Positions 23,123-32,814 of a stretch of DNA of 64,000 bases are shown in pieces (the stretch's first letter is position 1; every line of letters starts with the position of its first letter). Source of the stretch: an uncultured Clostridia bacterium (GTDB taxonomy: Bacteria; Bacillota; Clostridia; TANB77; CAG-508); contig CALXJX010000002.1 of the NCBI GenBank assembly GCA_944388735.1, forward strand, positions 2,480 through 66,479, in the 5' to 3' direction. The notes below the pieces were generated by a model. It worked only from the letters and a program-made list of their open reading frames with translations. It did no database searches and had not been told where the DNA came from. The position numbers and the translations under genes were made by a program.

Positions 23123-24079
23123 TTATAAAAATATATCTAATTCTTTAATTTTATTTCCTCTTAAATAATCTTGAATAGACATTCTCTTTGCATTCTCACC
23201 TTGAATTTCAATCACCTTTAGAATTCCATTTTTAGTCTTAATAAACATTCCGTCTTTTGGATCAGAAACTAGAACTGTTCCATTTTGAAGAAAATCCATA
23301 TTTTCCAAAGTTATTTCTTCATCAGTAGCAACATCTACTTTCCAAAATTTAATCTTTTTTCCTTCCAAAATTGAATATGCTCCCATTATTGGGTTCAATC
23401 CTCTGACTAAATTTTTAATATCTTGAGCAGATTGTCTACTCCAATTTATTTTAGCCATATCCTTTGAAATCATTGGAGCCATTGAAGCTTCACCTGTCTG
23501 CTTTTCTCTTGGAGCTGTACCATTTTCTATTTCTTTTAAAGTCTCTACTAAAAGGCTACCACCAATTTTGGCAAGTTTTTCCCATATATCTCCTGTTGTT
23601 TCATCCTCTCCAATTGGTATTTCTTGCTTTAGTATCATGTCTCCTGTATCCATTCCTTCATCCATATACATTGTTGTTACTCCTGTTGTTTTATCTCCAT
23701 TTAAAACAGCCCATTGAATAGGTGCTGCTCCTCTATACTTTGGAAGCAATGAAGCGTGAACATTTATACATCCTAATCTTGGAATTTCTAATATTTCTCT
23801 AGGAAGAATTTTTCCAAATGCTACCACACATATTACATCTGGTTCTAGTTTTTTTATTTTTTCTATAAATTCTACATTATTCTTTATTTTTTCTGGTTGA
23901 TAAATTTCTAATCCTTTTTCAACTGCATATTGTTTCACTTCTGAAGGAATTAACTTCATTCCTCTTCCTTTTGGCTTGTCTTGGTTTGTTACAACTCCTA
24001 CTATTTCATACCTTGCTTCATACAATGCTTTTAAACTTTCTCTTGCGAAATCTGGTGTTCCCATAAAAATAATTTTCAT
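23123..24079 (-). CDS. fmt: Methionyl-tRNA formyltransferase
   Basis: MKIIFMGTPDFA N-terminus and INVHASLLPKYRGAAPIQWA catalytic motif. Confidence 0.92.
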   Translation of the reverse strand: MKIIFMGTPDFARESLKALYEARYEIVGVVTNQDKPKGRGMKLIPSEVKQYAVEKGLEIYQPEKIKNNVEFIEKIKKLEPDVICVVAFGKILPREILEIPRLGCINVHASLLPKYRGAAPIQWAVLNGDKTTGVTTMYMDEGMDTGDMILKQEIPIGEDETTGDIWEKLAKIGGSLLVETLKEIENGTAPREKQTGEASMAPMISKDMAKINWSRQSAQDIKNLVRGLNPIMGAYSILEGKKIKFWKVDVATDEEITLENMDFLQNGTVLVSDPKDGMFIKTKNGILKVIEIQGENAKRMSIQDYLRGNKIKELDIFL

Positions 24080-24138
24080 ATTCTTCTCTCCATTTCTAGC
24101 AAAACTCTAAATCTGTTCAGTTTAACAAAAAATGCTAA

Positions 24139-24194
24139 GCGAACCTGTCCCTAATGGCAAAAAATTGCCAAATTAACCCGTCCCAGGTGGCAAT
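24139..24194. repeat. Family C repeat (reverse-orientation copy of the 1727-1795 unit)
   Basis: cgaacctgtccctaatggcaaaaaattgccaaattaacccgtcccaggtggcaa. Confidence 0.45.
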
Positions 24195-24195
24195 T

Positions 24196-24675
24196 TTATT
24201 TTTCCTCTGATTCAACATACTCCAAAGTTCCTGGAATTATTTTATCTATAAACAATTCGCCATTTAAATGGTCTATTTCATGAGATATTGCTTGTGCCAA
24301 CAATTCCTTAGCTTTAACTCTCTTTCTTTTTCCTTCTCTATCTGTATATTCTGCTGTAACTTCTGCTGGTCTTATTACTTTAGCAAATTGATTTGGGAAA
24401 CTTAGACATCCTTCATCAACTTCTTGCTCTCCTTTTTCTTTTAGAATAATTGGGTTTATTAAGACTATTGGTCCATTATCATCATATAAATCAATTACTA
24501 TAATTCTTTTTAAGATTCCAACTTGAACAGCAGCTAAACCAACTCCATTATATTTGTGCATTGTTTCTATCATATCGTCTATTAAAATTTGTATTTTTTC
24601 ATCTATTGCTTCTACTTCTCTAGATTTCTTTTTTAGTATTTCGTCTCCTTCTAATCTTAAATTTCTAATTGCCAT
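24196..24675 (-). CDS. def: Peptide deformylase
   Basis: GLAAVQVG, EGCLS and HEIDHL metal-binding motifs. Confidence 0.92.
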   Translation of the reverse strand: MAIRNLRLEGDEILKKKSREVEAIDEKIQILIDDMIETMHKYNGVGLAAVQVGILKRIIVIDLYDDNGPIVLINPIILKEKGEQEVDEGCLSFPNQFAKVIRPAEVTAEYTDREGKRKRVKAKELLAQAISHEIDHLNGELFIDKIIPGTLEYVESEEK

Positions 24676-24708
24676 TATTATTTCATTCCTTCCCCATTTA
24701 TAGACTAA

Positions 24709-27017
24709 CTATATCATATTATTTGGATTTACATCAACTGTTATTCTTATATCTCGTAAGTTTTGATTATATATTTCTTTTAGTTCTTTGTTTATTATTG
24801 CATTTATTTGTTCTGTCATATTTCCCTTGACAATGATTCTCCACCTATATCTATTTTGAATTTTATCTATTGGTGCTGGCATTGGTATAAACACCTTAAA
24901 TCCCTTATTTTCTAAATTGACCTTTAAGTTTTTATATATTTGATTACTTACTTTTTTTATTTTATTTTCATTAACACTATTAAATCCAATTACTATTATA
25001 TCGCAAAATGGAGGATATTTCAACTGTTTTCTTAACGCTATTTCTGTTTCATAAAATAAATCATAATCTTGTTTTCTTGCACATTGAATAGCAAAGTTCT
25101 CTGGGTTATATGTTTGGATTATAACTTTTCCAGATAAATTTCCTCTCCCTGCTCTTCCTGCAACTTGTGTTAATATTTGAAATGTTCTTTCATTTGCTCT
25201 ATAATCATCAACATTTAATGAACCATCTGCTGCAATAACACCTACTAATGTAACATTCGGAAAATGATGTCCTTTAACTATCATTTGTGTTCCTACTAAA
25301 ATATCAATATTTTCTTCTCTAAATTTGTTTAATATTTTTTCATGAGAATTTTTATTTGTTACAGTGTCTACATCCATTCTAATAGTAGTTGCTCCGTGGA
25401 AATTGTTTGTGTATTTCTTGTTCTAGTTTTTGCGTTCCTGTACCAAAATATCTAATTTTATCGCTGTGACATTCTGGACAAGTTGTCATCAATTTTTCTT
25501 CATATCCACAATAATGACATTTTAATTTTTTTTCATAACTATGGTATGTTAAACTAATATTACAATTCTTACACTTTGCCGTATATCCACAATTTCTACA
25601 CATTATAAATGTAGAATATCCTCTTCTATTTAAAAATAATATAGTTTGTCTTTTATTTTTTAAGTTTTCTTCTATATTTTTGTATAATTCTAAACTTATC
25701 ATTGTTCTATTGCCATTTGCTAATTCTTGTTTTAAATCTATTATCTCCACTTCTGGTAATTTTGATAAGTTAGCTCTTTTTGTTAATTTCAATAACTTTG
25801 GAATATCTTTTTGAAAATTATTTGTATTTACTAAATTTGATTTTAAATTATTGTCTCTATCTATCTGACATTTACTATATGTGATTAAATCTGGTGTTGC
25901 ACTTCCTAATAATAATGGGCATTTATTTTCTTTTGCTATTTTTTCAGCTACTTCTTTTGCATTATATTTTGGGGTTGTTTCTGATTTGTATGAACTATCA
26001 TGTTCTTCATCTATTATTATTATTCCTAGCTCTTTCATTGGTGCAAATATTGCAGACCTTGCTCCTATTAATATCTTTGCTTTTCCTTCTTTTATTTTTT
26101 GCCACTCATCATGTCTTTCTCCAATAGATAATTTGCTATGTAATACCGCAATTTTTTCAGTTCCAAATCTTGCTATAAATCTATCTAGCATCTGTGGTGT
26201 TAATGATATCTCTGGTACTAATACAATCGCTGATTTTTCTTTTTCCAATACTTTTTGTATTAATTGTAAATAAACTTCTGTTTTTCCGTGAGCCTGTTAC
26301 CCCATAAAGTAAAAATTGCTGATATATTTTTTCTTCTATTGCATTTTCTACATTTTTGTATGCTTCTTTTTGCTCTTCTGTTAGTTCTAATTTACTACTA
26401 CTTTCTTTTGCTCTTATTTTTTCCACATCTTTATATAACAGCGGATTTCTTTCTGCTTTTTGTTCAACTACTTCTAAATAGTCATTTTTTATTAGTGTAT
26501 TAATAATTGCTCTTGAGCAATCTGTAAACATTTCAATTTCTGGAATTGTTGCCCCTTCATTATCTTTTACAAAGTTTAAAATTTTTTTATGTTTCTCTGA
26601 TTTTATTTTTTCTGTTTCTATTTCAAATTCTATTTCTTCTACACTTTTCTTTAAATATATAGTATTTACTATTTTATCTTTTATTCTTTTTTCTTTATTT
26701 TCTGTTCTTGTTCCTGGTGTTAACATTAATTTTATGCAATCTGATACATTACAAAAATATTTTTTTGCCATCCACCTAGCTAGTTTTATCTGAAAATTAG
26801 TTAGATTTTCTTCTAATTTTACAATGTCTTTTATTTCGTATTCTGATTTTTCTTTGAAACCAACAACAAAACCCTCTGTTAGAGTTTTACCTCTACCAAA
26901 AGGCACTAATACTTTACTTCCTATAACTACCAAATCTTCTAGCTCTTTTGGTACATTATAGTCAAATGTTTGATTTAGTTTTTTTGCGGTTCTATTAATT
27001 ATTATTTCTGCTACCAT
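24709..27017 (-). pseudogene. priA: Primosomal protein N' (PriA helicase), split into three ORFs by two 1-nt insertions (near 25396 and 26288)
   Basis: ORF 26181-27044 ends LLYGVTGSRKNRS; the expected sequence is GVTGSGKTEVY. Deleting the C in tca[c]gga restores the Walker A and joins to 25379-26248, which carries the Cys-rich zinc-binding region. Deleting the C in cca[c]gga restores FPGATTIRMDVDT and joins to the C-terminal ORF 24709-25377. Confidence 0.85.
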
Positions 27018-27588
27018 TTTGTAATTTCTCAATTCTTCTTTCATTTTCTATAATTGTCATTATTATTTGAACTGTTTTTTCAAATTCATCATTCTTAATT
27101 ACATAATCATATAGACTAATCTTTGATTCTTCATAATCTAATCTACCTAATCTAAGTTGGATTTCATCTTCTGAAAGATTATCGCCTCTTTCAATTAGTC
27201 TTTTTCTTAATTCTTCTTTTTCAACTTTCAAAAAAATAGTAACTAATTTAGTCTCATTTTTTAAAAGTTTTATCAAATTTTCAGTTCCATTTACTTCAAT
27301 ATCTTTTACTATTATTTTTCCGCTTGCTATTTTGTCATTCATTAATTTTCTTGATGTACCATAATAATTTTCGTGGTGTAAATCATACTCATAAAACTCA
27401 TTATCTTTAATCTTTTTTTCGAATTCTTCCTTTGTTATAAAATGATATTGTACACCTTCTTCTTCTCCTTCTCTTGGCTTTCTAGAAGTATATGAAGGAA
27501 GAGAAATAATTCTACTATCTCTTTTCATTAGTTCTTTCTTTATTGTATCTTTTCCAGCTCCTGAAACTCCTGATAAAATTACTAACAT
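26995..27588 (-). CDS. gmk: Guanylate kinase
   Basis: P-loop LSGVSGAGKDT and the GMP-binding region SYTSRKPREGEEEGVQYHFITKEEFE. Confidence 0.78.
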   Translation of the reverse strand: MLVILSGVSGAGKDTIKKELMKRDSRIISLPSYTSRKPREGEEEGVQYHFITKEEFEKKIKDNEFYEYDLHHENYYGTSRKLMNDKIASGKIIVKDIEVNGTENLIKLLKNETKLVTIFLKVEKEELRKRLIERGDNLSEDEIQLRLGRLDYEESKISLYDYVIKNDEFEKTVQIIMTIIENERRIEKLQNGSRNNN

Positions 27589-27605
27589 TTCTTATTTCTC
27601 CCTTT

Positions 27606-27827
27606 TTATTCATTTTCTCTTTTTTCTTCTTCTGGTTCTTCTATAATTTGAACTTTTCCTTCCGCAATTTCATTAGCAGCTAAAGTAACTGCAGATTCTT
27701 CATTAACATTCGTTAAAATTTCTGCCCCTGCTGCAATTTGTCTAGCTCTTCTAGCTGTTGCAATTACTAATTCATATCTATTTTTTGCTTTTGTTAATAA
27801 TTCTGCCACTGTTGGTTTAACTATCAT
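27606..27827 (-). CDS. rpoZ: DNA-directed RNA polymerase subunit omega
   Basis: 73-aa protein with the RpoZ motif (NRYELVIATARRARQI). Confidence 0.78.
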   Translation of the reverse strand: MIVKPTVAELLTKAKNRYELVIATARRARQIAAGAEILTNVNEESAVTLAANEIAEGKVQIIEEPEEEKRENE

Positions 27828-27921
27828 TTTTATCTTCCTTTCTAAAATATTAAATTAATTTTCTATCACATTTATGTTTGTAATTTTAAATTTTTTTACA
27901 AGATTTTACATACAAATTTAT

Positions 27922-28173
27922 TTATTCTTCTTGTGAAATATCTTTATCTATCCTTCCTCCTACCGTTTCTGGTTGTACAGCAGATAATATAATATGCCCA
28001 GAATCCATAATTAAAACTGCTCTTGTTCTTCTTCCATAAGTCGCATCAACTGCTGTTTTATTGTCTTTTGCCTCTTGAACTAGCCTTTTTATTGGAGCCG
28101 ACTCAGGGCTAACTATTGCCACAATTCTTTCAGCTGAAACAATATTTCCAAATCCTATGTTTACTAATTGCAT
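27922..28173 (-). CDS. remA: RemA/YlzA family regulator (DUF370)
   Basis: [36 protein letters not shown] is a near-canonical RemA sequence. Confidence 0.8.
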   Translation of the reverse strand: MQLVNIGFGNIVSAERIVAIVSPESAPIKRLVQEAKDNKTAVDATYGRRTRAVLIMDSGHIILSAVQPETVGGRIDKDISQEE

Positions 28174-28230
28174 ATCTTATCACTTTCCTTTCTAAAATCA
28201 ATTTTGGTTAAAACTTTAATCTTATTTTTC

Positions 28231-29106
28231 TTATTCGATATTTTGAATTTGTTCTCTTATATTTTCTAATTGTGTTTTTATATTTATAACTTCATTTGTA
28301 ATTTCTAGGCTGTTTGCTTTTGAACCTATTGTATTTGTTTCCCTATTCATTTCTTGAATAATAAAGTCCAACTTTTTTCCAATAGCTTCTTTTGAATTCA
28401 AAAGATTTATAAATTGTGTGATATGACTATCTAGTCTAGTTATTTCTTCTTCAATAGAACATTTATCAGCATATATAACAACTTCTTGAGATAGTCTCGC
28501 TTGGTCTATTTCTTGATTTTGTAACAACTCTTTTATTCTTTCCTTTAATTTTACTACATATTCTTCAATAAGTCTAGTAGAAAATTTAGATATTTCCTTT
28601 ATTTTACTTTGAATTTCTTCAATTCTTACCAATAAGTCTTGTGCAATTTTGCTTCCTTCGACTTTTCTCATTTCGATTAAATTCTTTGTTGCTTCTCTTA
28701 CAACAGTAATTAACTCCGTTTCTATTGTTTCGTCAGATTGATTATTTTGTATATTTAAAACCTCTGGAAGTTTTGAAATTTCAGTAACCTCTATATTAGA
28801 TAAAATTCCTTCCTTTTCTGCTAATTCTTTTAATTCCTTTATGTATAAATGTGCAAGTTCTGTATTTATCTTTATATCTCTACCTTGTGTTGAATTATTT
28901 TCAAATGTTATGCATACATCAAATTTTCCTCTCTTTACTTTTGCTGAAATTTCTTTCTTTACTGCTTCTTCCAAATAGCTTAAAGCTCTAGGTATTTTTA
29001 CAGAAATATCTAAATATCTATGATTAACACTTTTTATTTCTACTTGATATTCTCTAGAATTTTCTGATAGCATAGCTCTGCCATACCCTGTCATACTTTT
29101 AATCAT
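28231..29106 (-). CDS. YicC/YloC family stress-induced protein
   Basis: The MTGYG N-terminus and full-length YicC architecture. Confidence 0.85.
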   Translation of the reverse strand: MIKSMTGYGRAMLSENSREYQVEIKSVNHRYLDISVKIPRALSYLEEAVKKEISAKVKRGKFDVCITFENNSTQGRDIKINTELAHLYIKELKELAEKEGILSNIEVTEISKLPEVLNIQNNQSDETIETELITVVREATKNLIEMRKVEGSKIAQDLLVRIEEIQSKIKEISKFSTRLIEEYVVKLKERIKELLQNQEIDQARLSQEVVIYADKCSIEEEITRLDSHITQFINLLNSKEAIGKKLDFIIQEMNRETNTIGSKANSLEITNEVINIKTQLENIREQIQNIE

Positions 29107-29109
29107 TAT

Positions 29110-29937
29110 TTACTCCTCTTTTTTATTCTTTTTTGATTTCCTTTTATTAGATGTCTTATCCAACTTTACTTGTTCTTTTTCTTCACTACTATTATTTTGT
29201 TTTTTTCCTTTACTAGTTTTTTTAGTCTTCTTACTCTTTTCTGTCTTTGACTCTTCTTCATCTTTTTCTTCTTTAACCTTTTCTTTTTTTGCGTTTTTTC
29301 CATTTTTAGTTTTTTGATCTTCTTTTTTCTCTTTATTATTTGTCTTTTTCTTTTTATTATCTATATTATTAGTTTTCTTTTGATTCTCTATACTTATCAC
29401 TTTATCTTCACTTTTATTAGTTTCGTCCTCAGATGTTTTTTTCTTCTTTGTTGCTTCCTTTTTCTTTGGTTCGTCCTTCTTTACAATCTCTGGTATATCA
29501 CTAAATGTCCTCTCATAATCTCTTCTTCCTTTTGTATAAATAAAAATTGATTTCAATATGTAATAAATTGCAAATAAATATGATGATGTCAACAAATACA
29601 ATCTAAAATCGAAATTTAGTATTGTAATAACATGCATAATTGTTAAAGAATGAATAGATAGAGCAAAAGCTTCAATTGCAGAAATAGCTAAGGTTCCGCT
29701 ATCTTTTTTATAAGCTTTTTCAAGCAAATAAATTCCTATTACTAAAAAAGCCCCAGAAAATACTTCTATATCTCCTATCAATCTATCTAATTTCATAGTA
29801 TTATATGCTAAATTTAAAACAATAAAATATATCATTACACCAATTGCTACAACGATACTTGTATATATTTTTTTTAAAGTTTCTTGCGATACATCTTTAG
29901 AAAAATTACTATTCATTTTTTCTTCTTCCTTCCACAA
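29110..29937 (-). CDS. Hypothetical membrane protein with a long K/E-rich tail
   Basis: Four or five TM segments, then about 120 aa of lysine- and glutamate-rich low-complexity sequence. Confidence 0.45.
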   Translation of the reverse strand: MWKEEEKMNSNFSKDVSQETLKKIYTSIVVAIGVMIYFIVLNLAYNTMKLDRLIGDIEVFSGAFLVIGIYLLEKAYKKDSGTLAISAIEAFALSIHSLTIMHVITILNFDFRLYLLTSSYLFAIYYILKSIFIYTKGRRDYERTFSDIPEIVKKDEPKKKEATKKKKTSEDETNKSEDKVISIENQKKTNNIDNKKKKTNNKEKKEDQKTKNGKNAKKEKVKEEKDEEESKTEKSKKTKKTSKGKKQNNSSEEKEQVKLDKTSNKRKSKKNKKEE

Positions 29938-29944
29938 ACTTATA

Positions 29945-30700
29945 TCAATCTTCTAACTCATACATTAATATACTTAACATATTTAAAGCTACTGTTTCTG
30001 TTCTTAAAATTCTTTTTCCTAGTGTCACTATTTGAGCTCCACTTCCTTCTAGTAGATGAATTTCTTGTTCGTCTATTCCGCCTTCAGGTCCTATTACAAC
30101 AGCTATTTTCAAAATTTTATTATCTTCTTTTTTTCTCTCCAATAGCTGTATAGCTTCTTTGAGTTTATTTTTTTCTTCTTTTTCATAAGCTACTAATACT
30201 ATATCATATTCTGGTATAAAATTACAAATATTTTTTACATTTATAATAGGTTTTATTTCAGGTATAATATTTCTGCCACACTGTTTAGCAGCTACTTCAG
30301 AAATTTTTTGCCACCTTAACAATTTTTTTGTTTTATCATTTTCTTTTAATTTAACAATAGATCTTTTCATTTCAACTGGAATTATATCATATACCCCAAG
30401 TTCTACTGATTTTTGTATTATTAATTCCATTTTATCAGCTTTAGGTAATCCCTGAAATACAGTTATTTGAACATCAGATTCTACATTTGTTTTTAACTTT
30501 TCTATTATATTACACATAATATTTTCTTTTGTAATATTTTCAATTTCGCATAAGTAATCCTGTTTAGTTGAACTATCACAAATTTCTAATTTTTCTCCTA
30601 CACTTGCTCTTAGTACATTTTTTATGTGATTTACATCTGTTCCTATTATTTCAACTTTATTATTCCTTATTTGATTTTTATCTACAAAAAATTTTGGCAT
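29945..30700 (-). CDS. rsmE: 16S rRNA (uracil1498-N3)-methyltransferase
   Basis: PUA-like N-terminus and SPOUT knot motifs (VVIGPEGG, ILRTETVAL). Confidence 0.88.
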   Translation of the reverse strand: MPKFFVDKNQIRNNKVEIIGTDVNHIKNVLRASVGEKLEICDSSTKQDYLCEIENITKENIMCNIIEKLKTNVESDVQITVFQGLPKADKMELIIQKSVELGVYDIIPVEMKRSIVKLKENDKTKKLLRWQKISEVAAKQCGRNIIPEIKPIINVKNICNFIPEYDIVLVAYEKEEKNKLKEAIQLLERKKEDNKILKIAVVIGPEGGIDEQEIHLLEGSGAQIVTLGKRILRTETVALNMLSILMYELED

Positions 30701-30895
30701 CTTTTTCTCCTTTCAAGCATTATGTAAGATCTTTAAATCTCTGGTTTTAACTGTATTACTAACATTTTGAAACAATATGAGGTGTCCCTAACGTTCCACA
30801 TTATATCATTAACTTATTATTTTTACCAGTCATAAATTGCATTTGACAAATTTTTTTATATTCATTATAATTACCAACTGAAAGGAAGCGATATT

Positions 30896-31330
30896 ATGAG
30901 TTTTGTTTTTGAAAGAAAGATAAATTATTATGAAACTGATAGAATGAGTATTGTTCATCATTCAAATTATATTCGCTATTTAGAAGAAGCTAGATGCAAA
31001 ATGCTAGAAGACTACAATATGCCTTATTCTGCTTTTGAAAAAGAAGGTATCTGGATTCCTGTACTTGGTGTAAATTGTGATTTTAAGCATCATGTTACTT
31101 TTGACGATATTATTGAAATTCGTCCTTTTGTTAAGTATTTTAATGGTTTACGTCTAACAATGGGATATACAGTAACAAATAAAGCAAATGGTGATATTGT
31201 TCTTAATGGCGAAACTAGACATTGTTTTACTGATAAATCTTTAAAACCTATTCGTTTGCAAAAAAGAATTCCTGAATTTTATGAGAAGTTTACAAATTTA
31301 CTTCAATATAAAGAAGATTATAATTTATAA
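30896..31330 (+). CDS. Acyl-CoA thioesterase, hotdog fold (YbgC/4HBT family)
   Basis: YETDRMSIVHHSNYIRYLEEAR, a hotdog-fold thioesterase signature. Confidence 0.78.
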   Translation: MSFVFERKINYYETDRMSIVHHSNYIRYLEEARCKMLEDYNMPYSAFEKEGIWIPVLGVNCDFKHHVTFDDIIEIRPFVKYFNGLRLTMGYTVTNKANGDIVLNGETRHCFTDKSLKPIRLQKRIPEFYEKFTNLLQYKEDYNL

Positions 31331-31392
31331 TACCTTTTGTATAAAAAAAAACATAGATAGACTGTACTTGTCTTTTCTATGTTTTTTATTTT

Positions 31393-31553
31393 TTATACAA
31401 TAGGAAAGTTATCCTTTCCTATTGTATAAAAGTCGCTACGCTCCAACGAATGCACACAATTTTACTGGCGTAAAATTGGCGCAGAACAAATTTACGGAAA
31501 GCCAACGAGAAAGGATTAAATTAGTACGAATTTTAAGGCTTTCCGATTTGTTC
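31393..31553. repeat. Family A composite repeat (reverse orientation relative to 11901-12107)
   Basis: Its reverse complement aligns at about 90% identity with 11901-12060. Confidence 0.6.
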
Positions 31554-31570
31554 TTATAATAGTCTATCTA

Positions 31571-32119
31571 TTAAAAATATCTTTTTAGTAATCCTTCAAA
31601 TCCTTTTCCGTGTCTTGCTTCATCTTTGCACATTTCGTGAACTGTATCATGTACAGCATCATATCCTAATTCTTTTGCTCTAGTTGCTAAATCTTTTTTT
31701 CCTTTACATGCTCCATATTCTGCTTCTGCTCTTAATTGTACATTTTTCTTTGTATCAGGATATACTACTTCACCTAATAGCTCTGCAAATTTAGCAGCAT
31801 GTTCTGCTTCTTCCCACGCATATCTCTTAAATGCTTCTGCTATTTCTGGATAACCATCTCTATCTGCTTGTCTACTCATTGCTATATACATTCCAACTTC
31901 TGTACATTCTCCCATAAAGTTATCTTTTAATCCCTTTACTACTTCTTCATCTAGTCCTTGAGCTACTCCTATTCTGTGTTCATCTGCATATTGCTTTGCT
32001 CCTGTTTCTTCTTTTCTTTCTTCAAACATTTCTTTTCCTGCTCCACATTGAGGACATCTTTCTGGTGCTTCCTCTCCAAAGTGGATATATCCACATATTT
32101 TACAAACATAAGCTTTCAT
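31571..32119 (-). CDS. Reverse rubrerythrin (N-terminal rubredoxin-like Cys4 plus a ferritin-like diiron domain)
   Basis: CKICGY...CPQCG rubredoxin motif and E...EXXH diiron ligands. Start set at MKAY, which has GGAGGT 8 nt upstream. Confidence 0.82.
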   Translation of the reverse strand: MKAYVCKICGYIHFGEEAPERCPQCGAGKEMFEERKEETGAKQYADEHRIGVAQGLDEEVVKGLKDNFMGECTEVGMYIAMSRQADRDGYPEIAEAFKRYAWEEAEHAAKFAELLGEVVYPDTKKNVQLRAEAEYGACKGKKDLATRAKELGYDAVHDTVHEMCKDEARHGKGFEGLLKRYF

Positions 32120-32232
32120 TTTTATTACCTCCATTTCTTTCTCTTTCTAAATTATATCGTTTTTTATAAATTTGTCAACCATTTTTTTAATTGTTATAGA
32201 GGTTGTAAATAGTAACGATCTATTGTGCTTTT

Positions 32233-32451
32233 TAGTAACAGTTCAAAGGTCAATGGGGCAGAATATGATTTCTTGAGTCGGATTCGAATGTGCAGTGGAA
32301 TAGATGTATAAATTCTTAGCTTAAAATGACTGAGGAAGCGTGATTAACGAGAGGCTCGGTCATTTTAAGCTTAGAATTTATAATCTATGGAGCAAGCCGA
32401 GAAGACGATGAAAGAAATCATATTCTTCCCCATTGACCTTTGAACTGTTAC
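32233..32451. repeat. Family D MITE-like element with the full 125-nt internal module
   Basis: 37-bp terminal inverted repeats (aacagttcaaaggtcaatggggcagaatatgatttct / reverse complement) enclose a module that is itself palindromic (tataaattcttagcttaaaatgactgag...ctcggtcattttaagcttagaatttata). Confidence 0.6.
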
Positions 32452-32556
32452 GATTCTTGTATAAAAAGTTTTTAAAACCCCTTTTATTTTTCAACAAATT
32501 ATGATAAAATTCATTAAGTTCAAATAAATATGTCAAAAGATAAAGGAGGAAAAAAT

Positions 32557-32814
32557 ATGGAATTTAACAGATGTAGTAGATGTGGTTGTTTTTATGTAAC
32601 AGGTGGAGAAGTATGTCCTAGATGTAGTCATAAAGACAATTTAGAATTTTCAACATTTAAACAATATATCCAAGAAAACGGATTTGAAGAATCTTTAGAG
32701 AACATTTCTGGTGAAATTGGAATATCTGTTAATAACTTAAATAGATTTATAAATTACCAAGGATTTGAAGAATTCAAAAATACAATTGATTTACAGGGAA
32801 AGGATGTTTTATAA
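32557..32814 (+). CDS. Small C4 zinc-ribbon protein, translationally coupled to tyrS
   Basis: CSRCGC...CPRCS motif. Start at the MEFNRC ATG, which has AGGAGG 7 nt upstream. Its stop overlaps the tyrS start (ATAATGA). A TGnTAAAAT extended -10 lies near 32495. Confidence 0.45.
   Translation: MEFNRCSRCGCFYVTGGEVCPRCSHKDNLEFSTFKQYIQENGFEESLENISGEIGISVNNLNRFINYQGFEEFKNTIDLQGKDVL

Noticed and set aside
13815-27044. Split uvrA, fhs and priA as genuine pseudogenes indicating genome reduction
   Set aside because: Every break is the same single-base CC-to-CCG insertion, and removing it restores perfect conserved motifs. A systematic sequence error is more parsimonious, though authentic lesions cannot be excluded without reads.
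32222-32530. T-box leader upstream of tyrS
   Set aside because: No AGGGTGGNACCGCG T-box sequence is present. The region is occupied by the family D repeat and a small ORF. The glyQS T-box at 53673-53691 is unambiguous by comparison.
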